DNA of 64,000 nucleotides from Lingula anatina (lineage: Eukaryota > Animalia > Brachiopoda): positions 15,562,001-15,626,000 of the forward strand of contig CM120646.1 of assembly GCA_051362555.1 (NCBI GenBank). The letters run 5' to 3'. The position numbers were made by a program, and so were the translations under genes. Under the pieces are notes generated by a model, which was not told where the DNA came from, did not search any database, and saw nothing but the letters and a program-made list of their open reading frames with translations. Below are positions 41,401-55,119 of this stretch, piece by piece. Every line of letters begins with the position of its first letter. Position 1 is the stretch's first letter.

Positions 41401-43671
41401 TTCTATACTAATTATCAAACAGTAGCTTGTCATTACTTGTCATTTGGCCAGACTGGAAGGAGCGTTATACCAGAATCTGGCCTGTCTCACGCAATGCTGT
41501 TTCTTACATATTTCTAGGTCATGAGAACAATTGTTATCTTTGATAAGTGCATCATGATCTTTGATAGCTTTTATTTAAATGTTATATTTAAGTATACGAG
41601 TGCAGCGACAGGTTAACACAATTATGCAACACGGCGTTAATGTACAGAACCTACTCGGCATAAGACATGGCGTGAATTTTTATTTTCGTATGCAACGACA
41701 TCACAGAAACAGGTGTCATGAATAAATAATTTCTAACCTATTTTGGTTGTAACACTGTGCTCCACTTTAAATATCTTAATTTTTAAAATTGTTTGCGAAA
41801 CAGGAACAGATAAGCTGGGATTCAAAAACCGCTCTGCTACTTTATTTCTATGATGTTTTTGGTTTCCGAGCGCTTAGAGTTGCAGGACGATTTTGGGGGC
41901 AGATGCCTTGAGGTGTCCCCAGGCAAATTCTCCGCGTGAAGTGCGCGCCGTCCCCGCGCTGTGTATTCCGTCCACCTGTCCGTCTACCGCCATTTACATG
42001 TCGTCTGCTTTGTGCACGTAAAACAAAAGCAGACGACTCCTCCGCAGCTTGCACTAGGTGACAAAACACTTGGAGGTCTTTGACTTTTTAATTCTTAATT
42101 TTTTCAATTTAATTTTTTTTGCTTAAATATTTCTTAAAGTTAATGTCTTGGTCTAATTATTTACATAACTATTTATCTCCCCGTTTTTAAGCTGATTATT
42201 AAAGTGTATATAGATTGGTAAAATTGTCCTTGCACGTTACTCCACTACAACTTATGTGAACGACCAACTCTATATTAATTCCCCGTTTAAGACAGGCTGC
42301 CTTATTAGAAAGAAATCACTGAAAACATTTACAGCAAATAGGCCTATAAAGGATTATTTTATCAAGCATGCTGTTGTATATTATGCTCTGTTTTGTCCTA
42401 TTGCATAATATTGTTCCTGTGATGTCAGCTTGTCATATTATATTTCGACTTCACTTTTTCTAACGTATTTCGTATTTGCGATTTAAAACAAAGTTCACAA
42501 AAATAAATAAATGTCAAATGACTTTCTGAAGATGTAAGGCATAATATAATGTATTTTATCAACAGTTCTGTAAGCCATTGAAGACAGTCCTCTGCATTTG
42601 AAAAATTTGGAAACACATGAACATAAGTCTTATTTACTATTTCTGTTTTGATCAAAATTGCATTGTGTATGTTAAAAACATCAATTTGTGTATTTTATAC
42701 TACATGTTGCAGCAGAAGGAACATGCATAGATAAAAATAATGCGCCATGTTGGATTTCAAACTGTTGCGCGATACACGCAGATCAAGTGTTAATTTCCTT
42801 TTAGCGTTTTACGATTATTCTAAAAACATTAATGTATTCTGTCTAAAATTAAAAATTAAACAACGCACTCTTGAAAATAGGTTCAGTGTGGCGAGACCCG
42901 CTTTACGATAGTTATATGTAGTAAGCCTAAGTCATGCATACTATTGGGTTGTTATGTCATTTAACTGCAGATGTCAGTCGATGTTATATCAAAAGCAACA
43001 TGCTAGAAAGAATTGATTGCAAAACGCTGGCAGGATATTTGTATATATTGACGTCACGACAATTTTTTTTTCATTATTTTTTCGTTATATTAAACCACCG
43101 ATGGCATCATTTGAAGTATTCAAACATGTAATGGCTTTGGAATTTAAGACAAAAGTTAAAATGTATCTGGTCAGTCGTTTATCAGATTTATGCATCTGTC
43201 CAACCGCTAGTGGACACAAATATGTTCTGCATATCTTTCTTTGGTCCCCTCGTATCAGATCGTACATATGCATGTATTTCGACCGCAAGTTTTGGTTTAC
43301 CAACGTGAAAAGCTTGAGTCACTGAGACATTCGCAACCTATTTTTTAAAACTCTAAATAAAACTATCCACTTTTTCTGATTCTTGAAATAGGTGCTTTGA
43401 ATTTCACTTGATTAAAAATGAGAGAAAAGTTAAATCATATATCAGACAAAATGTAAACTCTGCAACATTGCAACCTTTGTCTTACAGAGTATTATTCAAT
43501 AGTTACCCCTTAATGAATAGAAGTAAAGTTAGTTATTTAATTACAATAAAACATTGCTTGAATTCGCTGTTAAAATATATTTCATTGATATTTTGTCATT
43601 TTATGTTTCAAATTCCTTAAACAAAATTTTGTTGTTTTCTGTAATACGTCATATTATTATTGGCATTTCAG
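38458..43671 (+). other. Dlx intron 1 (5214 bp, GT-AG, phase 1)
   Basis: GTAAGC donor and TTTCAG acceptor join exons 1 and 2 in frame (G+TA = Val). Confidence 0.9.
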
Positions 43672-43856
43672 TAGAAGGTAAAACTCAGGAAGAACAACTC
43701 CGTATGAATGGCAAAGGAAAGAAAATGAGAAAACCTAGAACGATATATTCCAGCCTCCAGCTGCAACAACTAAATCGCAGATTCCAAAGAACGCAGTATC
43801 TGGCTCTGCCAGAGAGAGCAGAATTGGCGGCTTCCTTAGGCCTAACGCAGACACAG
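43672..43856 (+). CDS. Dlx: Dlx coding exon 2 (homeodomain residues 1-44)
   Basis: Acceptor tttcAG ends at 43671. Reads (V)[61 protein letters not shown], a diagnostic Dll/Dlx homeodomain. Donor CAG|GTAAGA at 43857, phase 0. The 5' boundary could shift by +3 or +6 (tandem acceptors). Confidence 0.98.
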
Positions 43857-46800
43857 GTAAGAGCACAATAAGAGAAATAAACCAGACAGTAGTCAAGTAC
43901 TTACTGAAATGATGAACTTATATAAAATAATATTTGTCACTTATAGGAGGATGGATAGAGGATGGACGACGAAACGACAAGAGAATATAGTTCTATAAGA
44001 ATGGCAGGCATGGTTTTTCGTTTGTTTCAAGTCGAAATGTATGGAGGGACTGATTTCAGGCTATTCCCATATAAGCAGGCGTAACTATATCTCTATAAAT
44101 CAAAAAGCCTTTTAGTTCCTGGTTCAAAAAATAACTTTCGACCTAAAGCTCGTCTCATTTTTTAGACCAAAAAATTATTCAACTAGTGGTAGTCAAGTGC
44201 AGCACTAAGCTAAAATAAAGCAGCTTTTGGGTTCGAAATTAACATTTTCATTTTATATTACAAAGTAATTAATAGTTTCCACACAGTGCAGCTACTGCTT
44301 TATCGTTGGTCAAAATGGACTGAAACTTTAATATAAAAGTTTAGCCCAATTTTTGGGCAAAACTTCTTTTGTAAAACTGTCCAAAGGTTCCCCACCATCT
44401 ATTCATTCATAATCTACCAATCTTGCGACATCGGACACTTTCCGGGTTTTTGTAATTTATAGACCTTCCGACATAAATGATCCGGGACTACTTTGCAGTG
44501 CATTTTAATGTGGTCATCTCTCATTATCAGACCATAAAACTTTCGCCTGGCCTGTGTGACATCTTGTTGAACGTATTGAGAACACGCGCGTTGCTAAATT
44601 GGTCGTAATGTATCAGTTTGAATAAGACTAATGAGCAACAGCTTCTTTTCATATAAATATAGCGTACCAAAGAACTGGTGACCATGGCTGTCTGTGATTT
44701 CACGGAGAGCGAAGAAGAAAAAGTCCGGTTTTCAGACTTCAGATTTTTCATTTACTGAGTATTACGGGAATTTGAGTACGAAACAAATCTGACTTCTTGG
44801 TTTCTTAAAAGTTGTAACGGAAACGCATTCAGTGGTGTTCTGGGGTTTTTGTCTGGGTAACTGGTACAGGTCATCCATGAAGACAAACGTCAAAGAACGG
44901 AATAGTGCGGAATGCTTTGTAAACGTCGATTACATTGTGCCAGGCTTGTCGCTGTCAACCCCATTACGCAACCGTCACCTCACAGTGGGAATAAACGAGG
45001 AGAAGGTGGGCCTTATCTCCACGCGCCCCGGGGGTCCTTCACCTGGCCCATTGTGCCACGGTTTCCAATGCAACCCTGTTTTTGGCGATCCGTGAAAAAT
45101 ATTCACCAGGTGCTCTTGTCTGTTGAAAATGGACTATACTTGTTTGAACTTGTCCCAAAGCCATATTTTAAACCTCTATATGTACGTATATCCATCAAAG
45201 CTACTTAGGTTTCCCATATGAGGCCTTAAACACATGGAATAAAGCCCCAGAAATAAAAGTCCCCGACGTCGACATTTTCTTCCGAAATGTACGTGAAGAC
45301 ATGGCGTTTTTTACATCTGACCTGACATTAAGAGCAATACAAGTTAATTTTAATATTTTTTTAATTTTAATTTTTTTAAAGTGGTTAATTCAACATCACA
45401 TCCGAGTCCAATGTCGACCAATGATTTTAAAGATAATTTGATTTTGCGCAAAAATCCAGGAAAGGATAACTTAGCAATTACTTTGTCCTGGTTCTCTGTA
45501 TGTTATACTATATTCACATTGCCATAAATAAGTTGTTGACAACTCACACATACACACACGTATACATATAAAATGAGTAAAAGCAATTTACTTAAAATGT
45601 ATTTATTTTTCCTCATCCAATTTAACTGTATCAACATTATAATCTAAACATTTCACTCTGATTTACGCGCTAGGAAAAATTTATCAATAAATTCAACTGA
45701 ATTTTAACCATATTTTAGAGTTTTCTTTTCTTGGAACAGCTGACGACCGACAGTTGGGCATTTGATACTTTTTACGTCCTTTTTTAATTGCAAAAAAGCG
45801 TGTTTAGGTGCGTTGGGCGTCGAGGCGTGCCAAGCCGATCTAAGTTATGCACGTATGTGAGAATATTCACACTTTTTCCCGGTAAAGAGGAGGAAAAAAT
45901 TTTGTGGGAGTTTGTTCATTAAATATTAAGACCCTAAGGTGAACTTGGCACGAAACGGTGGGGTCAAATATTCGTATAATAATTACACCGATCTCGACGA
46001 GAGAAAGGCTTGTTATCTATGAAGTTGAGGTCGGTGTTTCTCCGAGGCGCGGGTGTTTGATTTAATGGCGTCCTGATAGGTGAGAGAACCCTCTCACATC
46101 GTTTCTCGTGTGACAGTTTGGGGAATATCCCTTATCTCCTCGGGAGAATTCTGTGAGATACGAAATGAGCTCAAAAATTTAGCAATGATGTAAATAATTG
46201 ACATACTGTATTGTACGATGTTTTTTAAGTGAGAAATGGGTCGCCTGTGACTGTGTTTTGTTATATAATACTACTGACGTCGTTTTGGCAACCCCATGTT
46301 TAGAGCGACCTTTTGAGTATTTGAGACTGCATTGCCCTGCCTGCATTCAACCAAAGGCAGAAAAGTCGGCAATGTGGGATCGGTATATAATAATCTATTA
46401 ATCCTGGAATCATCGTTGAAATTAGCCAGGCAATCGAATGTTGAACAAATTGGCTGTTTATTATACCAGTACAGTACCAGGGAAAGGGGGCTTACATGTA
46501 GTGAACCAGAAACCTGGGAGTAATGAAGGCATCAAATTTTGCAAATTTACCTTCATCCTCGATCATAATCGCCGTTATTGCCTCTGCGAACGGTAGCTAA
46601 TTGCATGCACGTGCACTGGGTTAGAGAGAGATACGGGAGATCCTAGAGACAGTTGATTGAGCGCAGTGCAGGAAGCTTAATTGAGCAGATAGTGTAAATT
46701 ATTGAAACTCTGCAGTCTGCAGGGTTGGGGAGGGTTTCCAAAGTGGAAAGCTTACCGTGTTTGCAATGCCATCATGGGTATGAATATCCATGAGAAATTG

Positions 46801-49800
46801 AGAAGACTGACCCGAATTTGGTTGTTAAACGTGCTCTAACAGCCTTCTGTATTATAAGGAATGCTATGACCGTCTTTTCCACTTTCCGATGATTCAGTTC
46901 TCATTTTTTTGTATACTCCAAATTGTTGATTCTTATAAAAATCGACGTTCCTTATAGAAAAAAGGTCATCCTTAAAGAAAACTGGGTTTGTCAGCATAAT
47001 TAAGCTTTTTGGTGTACTGCTTTTGAAGTTGAGAATCCCCAAATACCGTAGACTCCAGAAAAAAAGAATAGAGATCACAAAGTGAATTTTTTCAGTGCAC
47101 TATTGGCGCCTTGAGATCCATGCCTAATATACCCTTCCCGTCTAAAATTGAATTGGATTTCAGTAACCCAAACTATCCTCCAGTTTGTGCTGAAAACAGG
47201 CAAATGTGCCATTTTCACATTTCTATCCAGGTTTCTGTATTGCATGTACTTCTACTCCTATCCGTGGGTTTGTCTGCACAAGGAAGGACTACAACGTAAT
47301 CTACTCTGGGAGGGACTTATATACACCAGTGGCAAAAATTAAGCAATTTTTAAAATGAGAGTGATTTGGAAGTAATAATACCTAGCATTCACTGTAATTT
47401 CCAGCGATATTTATGTACGGTTCATGGTTATGGATCAGAAAAGTTTCGTACGATTTTCGAAAATTATATATAATTTTACAAAATGCCGGACCTTACGTTA
47501 CCATTAGTCTGAAGGTTGATTATCCGCTGCAGGAAGGCATTTTAGTAATTTTGCTTCTACGAATTTCACGGGAAATTAATACTTGATAGGGCGCAGAGCT
47601 TCATTAAAGAATAATTAAATGTTTTTACACGTCACTGCTAACCTGACACTTATGCTAGCAAGATCCTGTGCGCAGTGCTTTTTTGTGGTTTTTTGCCCAC
47701 ATGAGTTTCTCTGTACCCCAGAGGACGCATATCTTGCCGTATTCCAGAAATTTTCCGTAAAGGTCACTTGATGTGATTTAAGATCTGCTCATCGTCTCAT
47801 AAAGTCCTCGGTTATATTCCGTTACACTTTTGTACTCTCAGTGAAGGATATGTTCTATTTTTCTTATACTATAAAATATTTTGCTGCAAAGTAAGCAATT
47901 AGATGATCAAAATACGAGCAAAATATATTTGTTTGCTTTATAACAATGGCTGTCACCTTGTTGACTCTGATCTATAAATTTTTTAAAAGCAAACGCGTTT
48001 ATGAATAACCAATGGAAAAAAACGAACATAAGCAACACCTTCTAATTATAGAGCGACGACATTTGCTATGCAAAGCCAGCATGAACTTTTTACAAATTAA
48101 TAACAATGAATTCAACTGTTGTGAAACTGGTGACATTTCATTGAATATTGTCACATATAATATGAGTGCTTTTGCACTTCCACAAAAGTCTTAGCACTTG
48201 CTTGAAATTTCTGTTCTTTTAATCTCATTATGCTCAAATTTAGAATTGAGAAAAAGCACATTCTCTTATGTAGAGCTCCCCTTTAAAGTCTTCGAATTCG
48301 CCGGAAATGTCAGCTTGCATTTTGAAGTATACAAAAAGCTAGAGACAAGACGCCTCCTGTTTGATATTTTATTTCAAATCGTAGTAGTAACTTTTCGATA
48401 TCTTGTCCATAAAACAACCACTATGTCGTAAAACTTGTGTTAGCATCTGTCGCCAGGGAGATCACATGACAACCACCTGTTCCCGGTGTACCGTCTGTGG
48501 CTGGGGTAACAGGTTGGCACTCCACAGAGCTTGGCACCTTCACTCCATAGTAGTTGTCGTAGTAGGAGTAGTAAAAGTAGTAGTATTTGCTTCATATTTA
48601 TTTTGGAGAAGATTGAAGATGCAATTGCTAAATTCTGCAACCAGAGTTAATTCTTCTCTTGCGTTTACAAATATGCTTTAAAAAAGTGGTGTATTTTATA
48701 CAGCTTAAATATACATAAGAAACTTAAACTATATATACGCAGAAAGACAATATGACGCTTTTGAAGCATTTTCACCAAAGTTATTCTCATTCTGAAGAAG
48801 TCTATATCTGGCATGTATCCCGTTAATTCTCGTGCCCCTAGAGAGCCGACACTGATGCGCAGTCCATACCTAGATATTTTTCTCTGACATTCTGAGAATT
48901 ATTGCATATATTGTGTGCAACTGTCTGACTTTGTTCATAAGTGCATGGATACTTGCCAAAGACACATTACGGCATGTTCCCTCAATTCTTTTTACCTGTG
49001 AACCCATTTCTTCGTGCTAATCTGGGAAATTAACACTGAACTAGATTGCTAATTTGAGATTTTCTCCCCTTGAAATTAAACATAATTCGCAATTAAAATG
49101 CTGTTCGAGTTTGAAAATTTTTTTATAATTATTTTGTTTGTTAGAATTTGAACTAGTTTTTTATGTGGTGAAATATAAGGCCATTTTAGGTATAGGATTT
49201 ATTGTCAAAAATATTGCTCCGCAACAGATTGTGATAACGCTTTTTCTTTTTGTCGTTAAGTGTTCGATGTTTATTTAGTCCTGTTAAATTATTCACCATG
49301 CTTTTCAAACACGTCTTCCGGGTCCCGTTATTTATCATCACGACTTCTTGCAACCACATGCGTCTTTGAGCAATCTCTTTTTTCATCGTCTAATAATGTT
49401 GATATACTTCTAGATGACTTATTTAAGTCACATGGCGTAAATCAATCCACTGAATCTACCAGAGTGAGAACACATGAATCTGATTTTTAGAAAAAAATCA
49501 ATTCGCTAAAAAAAGCTGTCGTGTTGAGTGGAGTCGCCATTTATGGGGAAAACCGAGCAATTAAATCATACATGTTGGTCGGACCAAGAAGTTCTGAGCC
49601 ACAGTTCGGCATGGGAGAGATACTAACACAAAGCAGATAGCATGACTGAAAAAGTTGTCATCAGATAACGGGAACAAAATTGCACCTCTAATAAAATCCG
49701 TAATTACACGTTGAAGCAAAAGCAACTAAAAGTTTCTTTATCTCCTGTTTAACCTCGAGAGCCTCTTGGGACATTTATAACTTGGCGGGCGCACTTTCAA

Positions 49801-52800
49801 AAATGATGTCATAGATTCGAGAAAAAAATTATTGCACCGACCAAACACATATTTGGCACCCAAGACAAATAAAAAAAGCTTGTCTTAAAGAACGAGGAAA
49901 AGGAGTCGTAAATTTACCACCTGGTTTACAAGATTGCATATTCATGATTTCCATTACTAATGAATCAGTGGCCCTGCGACTTTCCGTCATGCAGCAGTGA
50001 CAGTGGTGAGATAGCATCGCATTTTTATGCCTTTTTGTTCTGATAACTTTCACGCTTTTTGAACTCGCTTTGATGGACTGATAAACGAGTACGCAGCATG
50101 CCTAAAAGGATATGTTTTCTAACGAGATAGACATTTTATTGGGCCTCTCCGACTGGATAAGAAACTTAAAGTGATATTTGATGGGAGCATGCAAAGGCCA
50201 AACGAGATATGACCGATATTTTGGCGGTCAAATAGTTTTCGTCGTTCCCTTGATGTTTCTTACAAAATATACTATAACAAGGTGTCCCATATAACTTATT
50301 TAAAGCAACTAAAATATGTAAAGAGTCATTCTCTATACGTGCGTTATAAATAGCAAACTGCAAGTTCAACTTTTCCGTAGAGCGCGCTCGATCATCCGAA
50401 TGACGGGTTTAATTACTAATTAGAATTATCTCCGGGCATTCCGTATTGCAGCCAGCAACAGACCACCTGAAACAGGCTTTTAAACAAAGGATCAAAGACG
50501 CCTGCAAATTCAAAGAGACTGAAACTGTGACAACTGAGGTTTCAGGCGGATTTTCAGAAAATTGTTATTTTCGATCGTTCGGAGTGAATAGTTTTATCAA
50601 CTTGAAGCTCAGCCCAAGTCGAGCAGTCATATGGACATTCACTTACTGTGCTGTACATGATACCGAAACTGGTCACGGTACCGTAAGACCGAGCTTGCCT
50701 CCAATAACAAATACATATCACATTATCTCATACGAGTCCCAGTGAATGAATACAAAATTGCAATTATATTGTCTACTTGAAAATGAAAAACAATTATTGC
50801 CCATAATTGGTGGAAATTGAGCCCGCATACCGGCTTGTATACAGTATTCGGATGCTACAACTAATCATTCCTTAATTACATCCCAGTGTCAGTCATTTAA
50901 CCTGGGCAGACATGGCGGAAGAAAAGTAATTGCTTTTTTTTTTTTTTGCTTGCGAGTAATAGATGAAAAATTATATGTTGTACCGATGGATTTTTTGCAG
51001 GCAGCTCTCGTGTAATACATTTTTGGTGCGACTCAGCAATACATTCACAAAAATTGCTATCCTTTCAAAGTTAATCTTTTCGAAATTAATATTCCACTTT
51101 TGTTAAGTATATCGCAGTTTTTATGGTAAGTTAATAATTTGTGGGCAAATTTGATACAAGTTTTGATTTTTTTTTTGGGGGGGGGGAGGGGGGGGACGAT
51201 ATCTTCATTGGAAGTCGTACAGGTAATTTCAGACCAATCTCCCCAGAAGTCATTCTTCCTGTCCCATTGGCACTACCTCGCATTTGCAGCTGTAATTAGT
51301 CAACGACACCACGTGTTTCAGCGTCTTCTCGTTAAGGAAGCCGCAAACGAGGAGCTGGGGTCACCTGTTGTGATCTTGTCAGCATAAAATCCTATCAATC
51401 ACTCTGAATTATTAATGTTGGTCGCATGCACCTGTTGCCGGCCATGTTCTTGCAGGCTAGTTTTATTCAAATCCACCGAGGACTTTCACTACCTGTCTAA
51501 ATGACACGTCAAAACCACTTACGTTGACTTGTGACCGACCACGCCAGCTTGTTCAGCGGTACTTTTTATGTGGCCTTAATATCCGGATTGTGCTTAAATT
51601 TGTTATGATCATTTAAGATGGCATGGGCGAATGAACTTATCTAATATACTTTCTTTGACCTTGATCAGAGAGAACAGACGTGATTTTTAAACAAAACATT
51701 TTCTTATCTAAAATGCATGTGCGACGTTTCCAAGCACCTGTCTCCTTCAGTGCAACAGGTTCACCTAGAAATCTAATCAAACTATCAAGGAACAGGCTTT
51801 CTTTCTTCTCCGATGATTCCATTTATATTTCAAAAATAATGTACACTTATGCGGTGATGCTTTGACAACTTTACAAAAAAACATGACAATAAATCGCGCG
51901 GTGGTTCCCTTTCTATGGCGGCGTTTCATACAATATGGAGGCTGTAATGTTATACAAGATGAAAGATTCATAGCTGTTTGTTAGGCTGTCGGCCTGATTT
52001 CACTAAAGGTAAAACAAGACAAAGGCTAGCCCTCATCTTTGTCTGTCTTTTTTGAAACTTCACTGTGTAGGTGTATTAATTAGCGGCGGGCGGGAGGATG
52101 GGAGGGTGTCGATGTTATCACACACGGAGGCACCATTGCGTAATCCACGATAGTGCTGCCGGCGGCGTCCATTTCGTCCCCATTGATGGACGCAGGTGTA
52201 CCTTATCACAAAGTCGATGTAATTAGGTGACGGTGACATCATAGCTTTGTTATATGAGCGTACACGTGTAATGAACTTGTAGGGAGTTGGTTTTGTTGGA
52301 ACTTTTGATGATGAGGTCGTTTAGCACATTGGTATATTTGTATTGTCCGAAGTCCTCTTGACCTAGTTTGCTGATAATTCAATTTCCTCAGGGACTCCTA
52401 AAATTTTCACTGAAATAACATTTCTTAATGTTTTGATCCCGTAATTACTATATGATATTTCTTTCTCTTTTGCGTTAAAATGTAGGTGATACAACATTTT
52501 AAATCCTATTTATATCTTTTTTATTAAGTAGTTAACTGAGAATCTACTATAGAAATGCAGAATGTCTTTTTATTGAAAATAAACAATAGATCAAGTAGAC
52601 TCCAATTAGGGCTCTTAAAATGTGTGCAAAAAGTCAATTGGTCGCCGTGCACCATTTTGTGGGTTTGAACTGCGTGACGGCAACTATCAGTGGTGACTAT
52701 TTTCAATATTATTCAGCACTTTTTGCTAACTTCATTCCAAATATATGTGGGCTTAAGTGACATACAGCTGTCTCCTAGATGGCTGGAGAGAGAAGCTGGC

Positions 52801-55119
52801 CTAAACAAAGGAAACACAAAGACAAATATTGTTCTGTCAAAATTATAACGTCTATCGCATGGGTAGAGTCATTTATTTGTTTAGAGGGCTCGCTAACCAG
52901 GCGGTGATATATTTCACATGATGATAGCAGCCTGTCATCTCTTTTCCCACAGACAAATAAAAATAGCAAATATAATTTATTTCATATAAAGCGGTTTTGG
53001 ACATAAACGCACGATTCTTATGTATGCGTGGTTTGAACGTAGGTGAAAAATATTGTAGATTCAATGTACGTCATACACGGCTTCGTCTAGAAATAAGTGA
53101 CGTTTTGCCTCCAGTGTTGTTTCTCCGAAAGAGAAGAATACTAATGATCAATTGCAATTTCTTTAGAATAAAGATTCAAGTAAAGCGGCAAAATTCTGCT
53201 TGATTGAGGATATTCTTTGTTCCCTATCTTTAAAAGTTTGCACACTTTGGTTTTCAATCGGATCTGTGAAAAAAAGAACGATTTTAAAGTTATTTCACAA
53301 TTTGTCACGCTTTCATGAGCATGAGTATTTGTCAATTATTTTTCAAGTAGAATTTGTTGAACAATCTAAATTTTTTTCGCTTCACCAGGAAGCGGCATTG
53401 CCCTGCTAAACAACCGCCATGTTGGTATTGCTTTTTTGTACGCCACTTCAATACCAGTTCAAGTTTTTTCATTTCCTCCTCTCTGCTCTTCTTGACATTT
53501 TTTCTCGCGAGTAGTTTTCTCAACTTGTTAATACCAACCCTCGAGCGAGAAAAAACTTATTTATCCAAAACAATTCTTTAACATAGAGTAGTTTTAGTAA
53601 GATTGAGTCATTTATTACTGTAATAAGGACTCTAGAAATGAGATCGTCAGAGAAAATAGCTATTATAATTTGGTTTCGTTAAGGTGTTGGGAAGCGAAGT
53701 GTGGCAAAATTACTGGTCGTCGGTGCTTTTGGCGTAGCAAATAGTGCACGGGGTGGGTTGACTAACGGCTGTTGTGACAAATTGCGGAAAATCGTTGGAA
53801 AAACTAGCACTGTTAAATTGAGAGTAATACTCAAAATGAGCGTTTAACAACAAAATTGAAGGGTCCATCATGAAATCGCTGCGAGTTCTAACAAAGTTGC
53901 AAATTAAATTCCTTATCGCACCTCGTATGCCATATATTTATCTGCCGTGGTTGGGTGAAGGCGTAAAACCGTCAAGGTTGGCTGCGCTATGATACGAGAT
54001 ATCATCGGCGGATTTTGATTTCACCTTGCGATACACGGAGCCGCGGGGGGCTGCCAGCTCCTAGGGCGCCGTGGGAAGGAGGTTGAAATTTATCAAGTAC
54101 TGAACAGTGAACAAATTTCTAATTATACTCCCAAGGAAGATTTATGGTTTGGTTTCATGATGAGGGTCCATGAAAATAAAGTTATTAATCCATTTGTACT
54201 CCATACGGCTTTTCCCGGACCGCCTATTTCAAGTCCGAGGTGATCATCGTTTTCTAAACACGGCTCAGGTATTTTTTGGAGACATCCGATATATAGGAAA
54301 CGTCTGAAAATTTGAAGGCACATATTAGTAATGGCAACATAAAAATGAAATTCTAGTTCTTACATAGCCAACAAACATAGATCACCATTCTTCATGATCA
54401 CTGAAAACCACAAGTAAACAAATAAAGATGTCTACCCAGGAAAGCCAACCTCTTTTTTAGACAAACAAGACGCTGGCTGTGCCAGGCTTGTAAAATATAT
54501 TCATAGATGACTTGATATATAAGAAAAGGATATGCATGCTTTTTTCATCGTCCGAAATCCATTCTTTAAGATGCATTAAATTACAAAAAAAAGGTTAAGC
54601 CGCTTTAGAATCAAGATTTTTATTTATTATTATTATTATTATTATTTTTTTTTTTTTTTTTTTTTTGTTTATCATGATATCACCCATAAAAAGCTTTTAA
54701 TTAAGAAAAATGAAGTTTTCTCATCGAAAAACATGCGCTAATTGAGATCTCTCTGATGTTGCCTGATGAAGTCTGCCATACGCCGGTGCTCGCTGGGGTA
54801 GCCATCGTGTGAGAAATGAGAATCAGAAACCAACATTCCTATCGTCTCACATCATCGAGGTCGTATTATGGCATTTGGTTGACAAATAGACTTGATATAC
54901 GCAGACGACCCTAGCCGCGAACCCGTCCTGTTTCTTTTATAACGAGTACCATTCTGTTTTTTAAAAAAGAAAAGCTAACCTAATTTTGAATTCACTAGAG
55001 GTATTTAGATCTCTACTGAGCGTCTCTTATGATTAATTTTTTTAAAAACTATAATAGAGTGAGATCAGTATCTGCCATAGTCGTCAACTGTAAATAACTC
55101 GTGTTTCTTTTGCTTGCAG
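43857..55119 (+). other. Dlx intron 2 (11263 bp, GT-AG, phase 0) splitting the homeobox between TQTQ and VKIWFQ
   Basis: GTAAGA donor, TTGCAG acceptor, possible branch point TAAC at 55095-55098. This intron position (residues 44/45) is the conserved one in Dlx and many ANTP-class genes. Confidence 0.96.

Noticed and set aside
43554-43871. ORF-track 105-aa protein containing the homeodomain
   Set aside because: The first 39 codons and the last few are intronic. Only 43672-43856 is exon.
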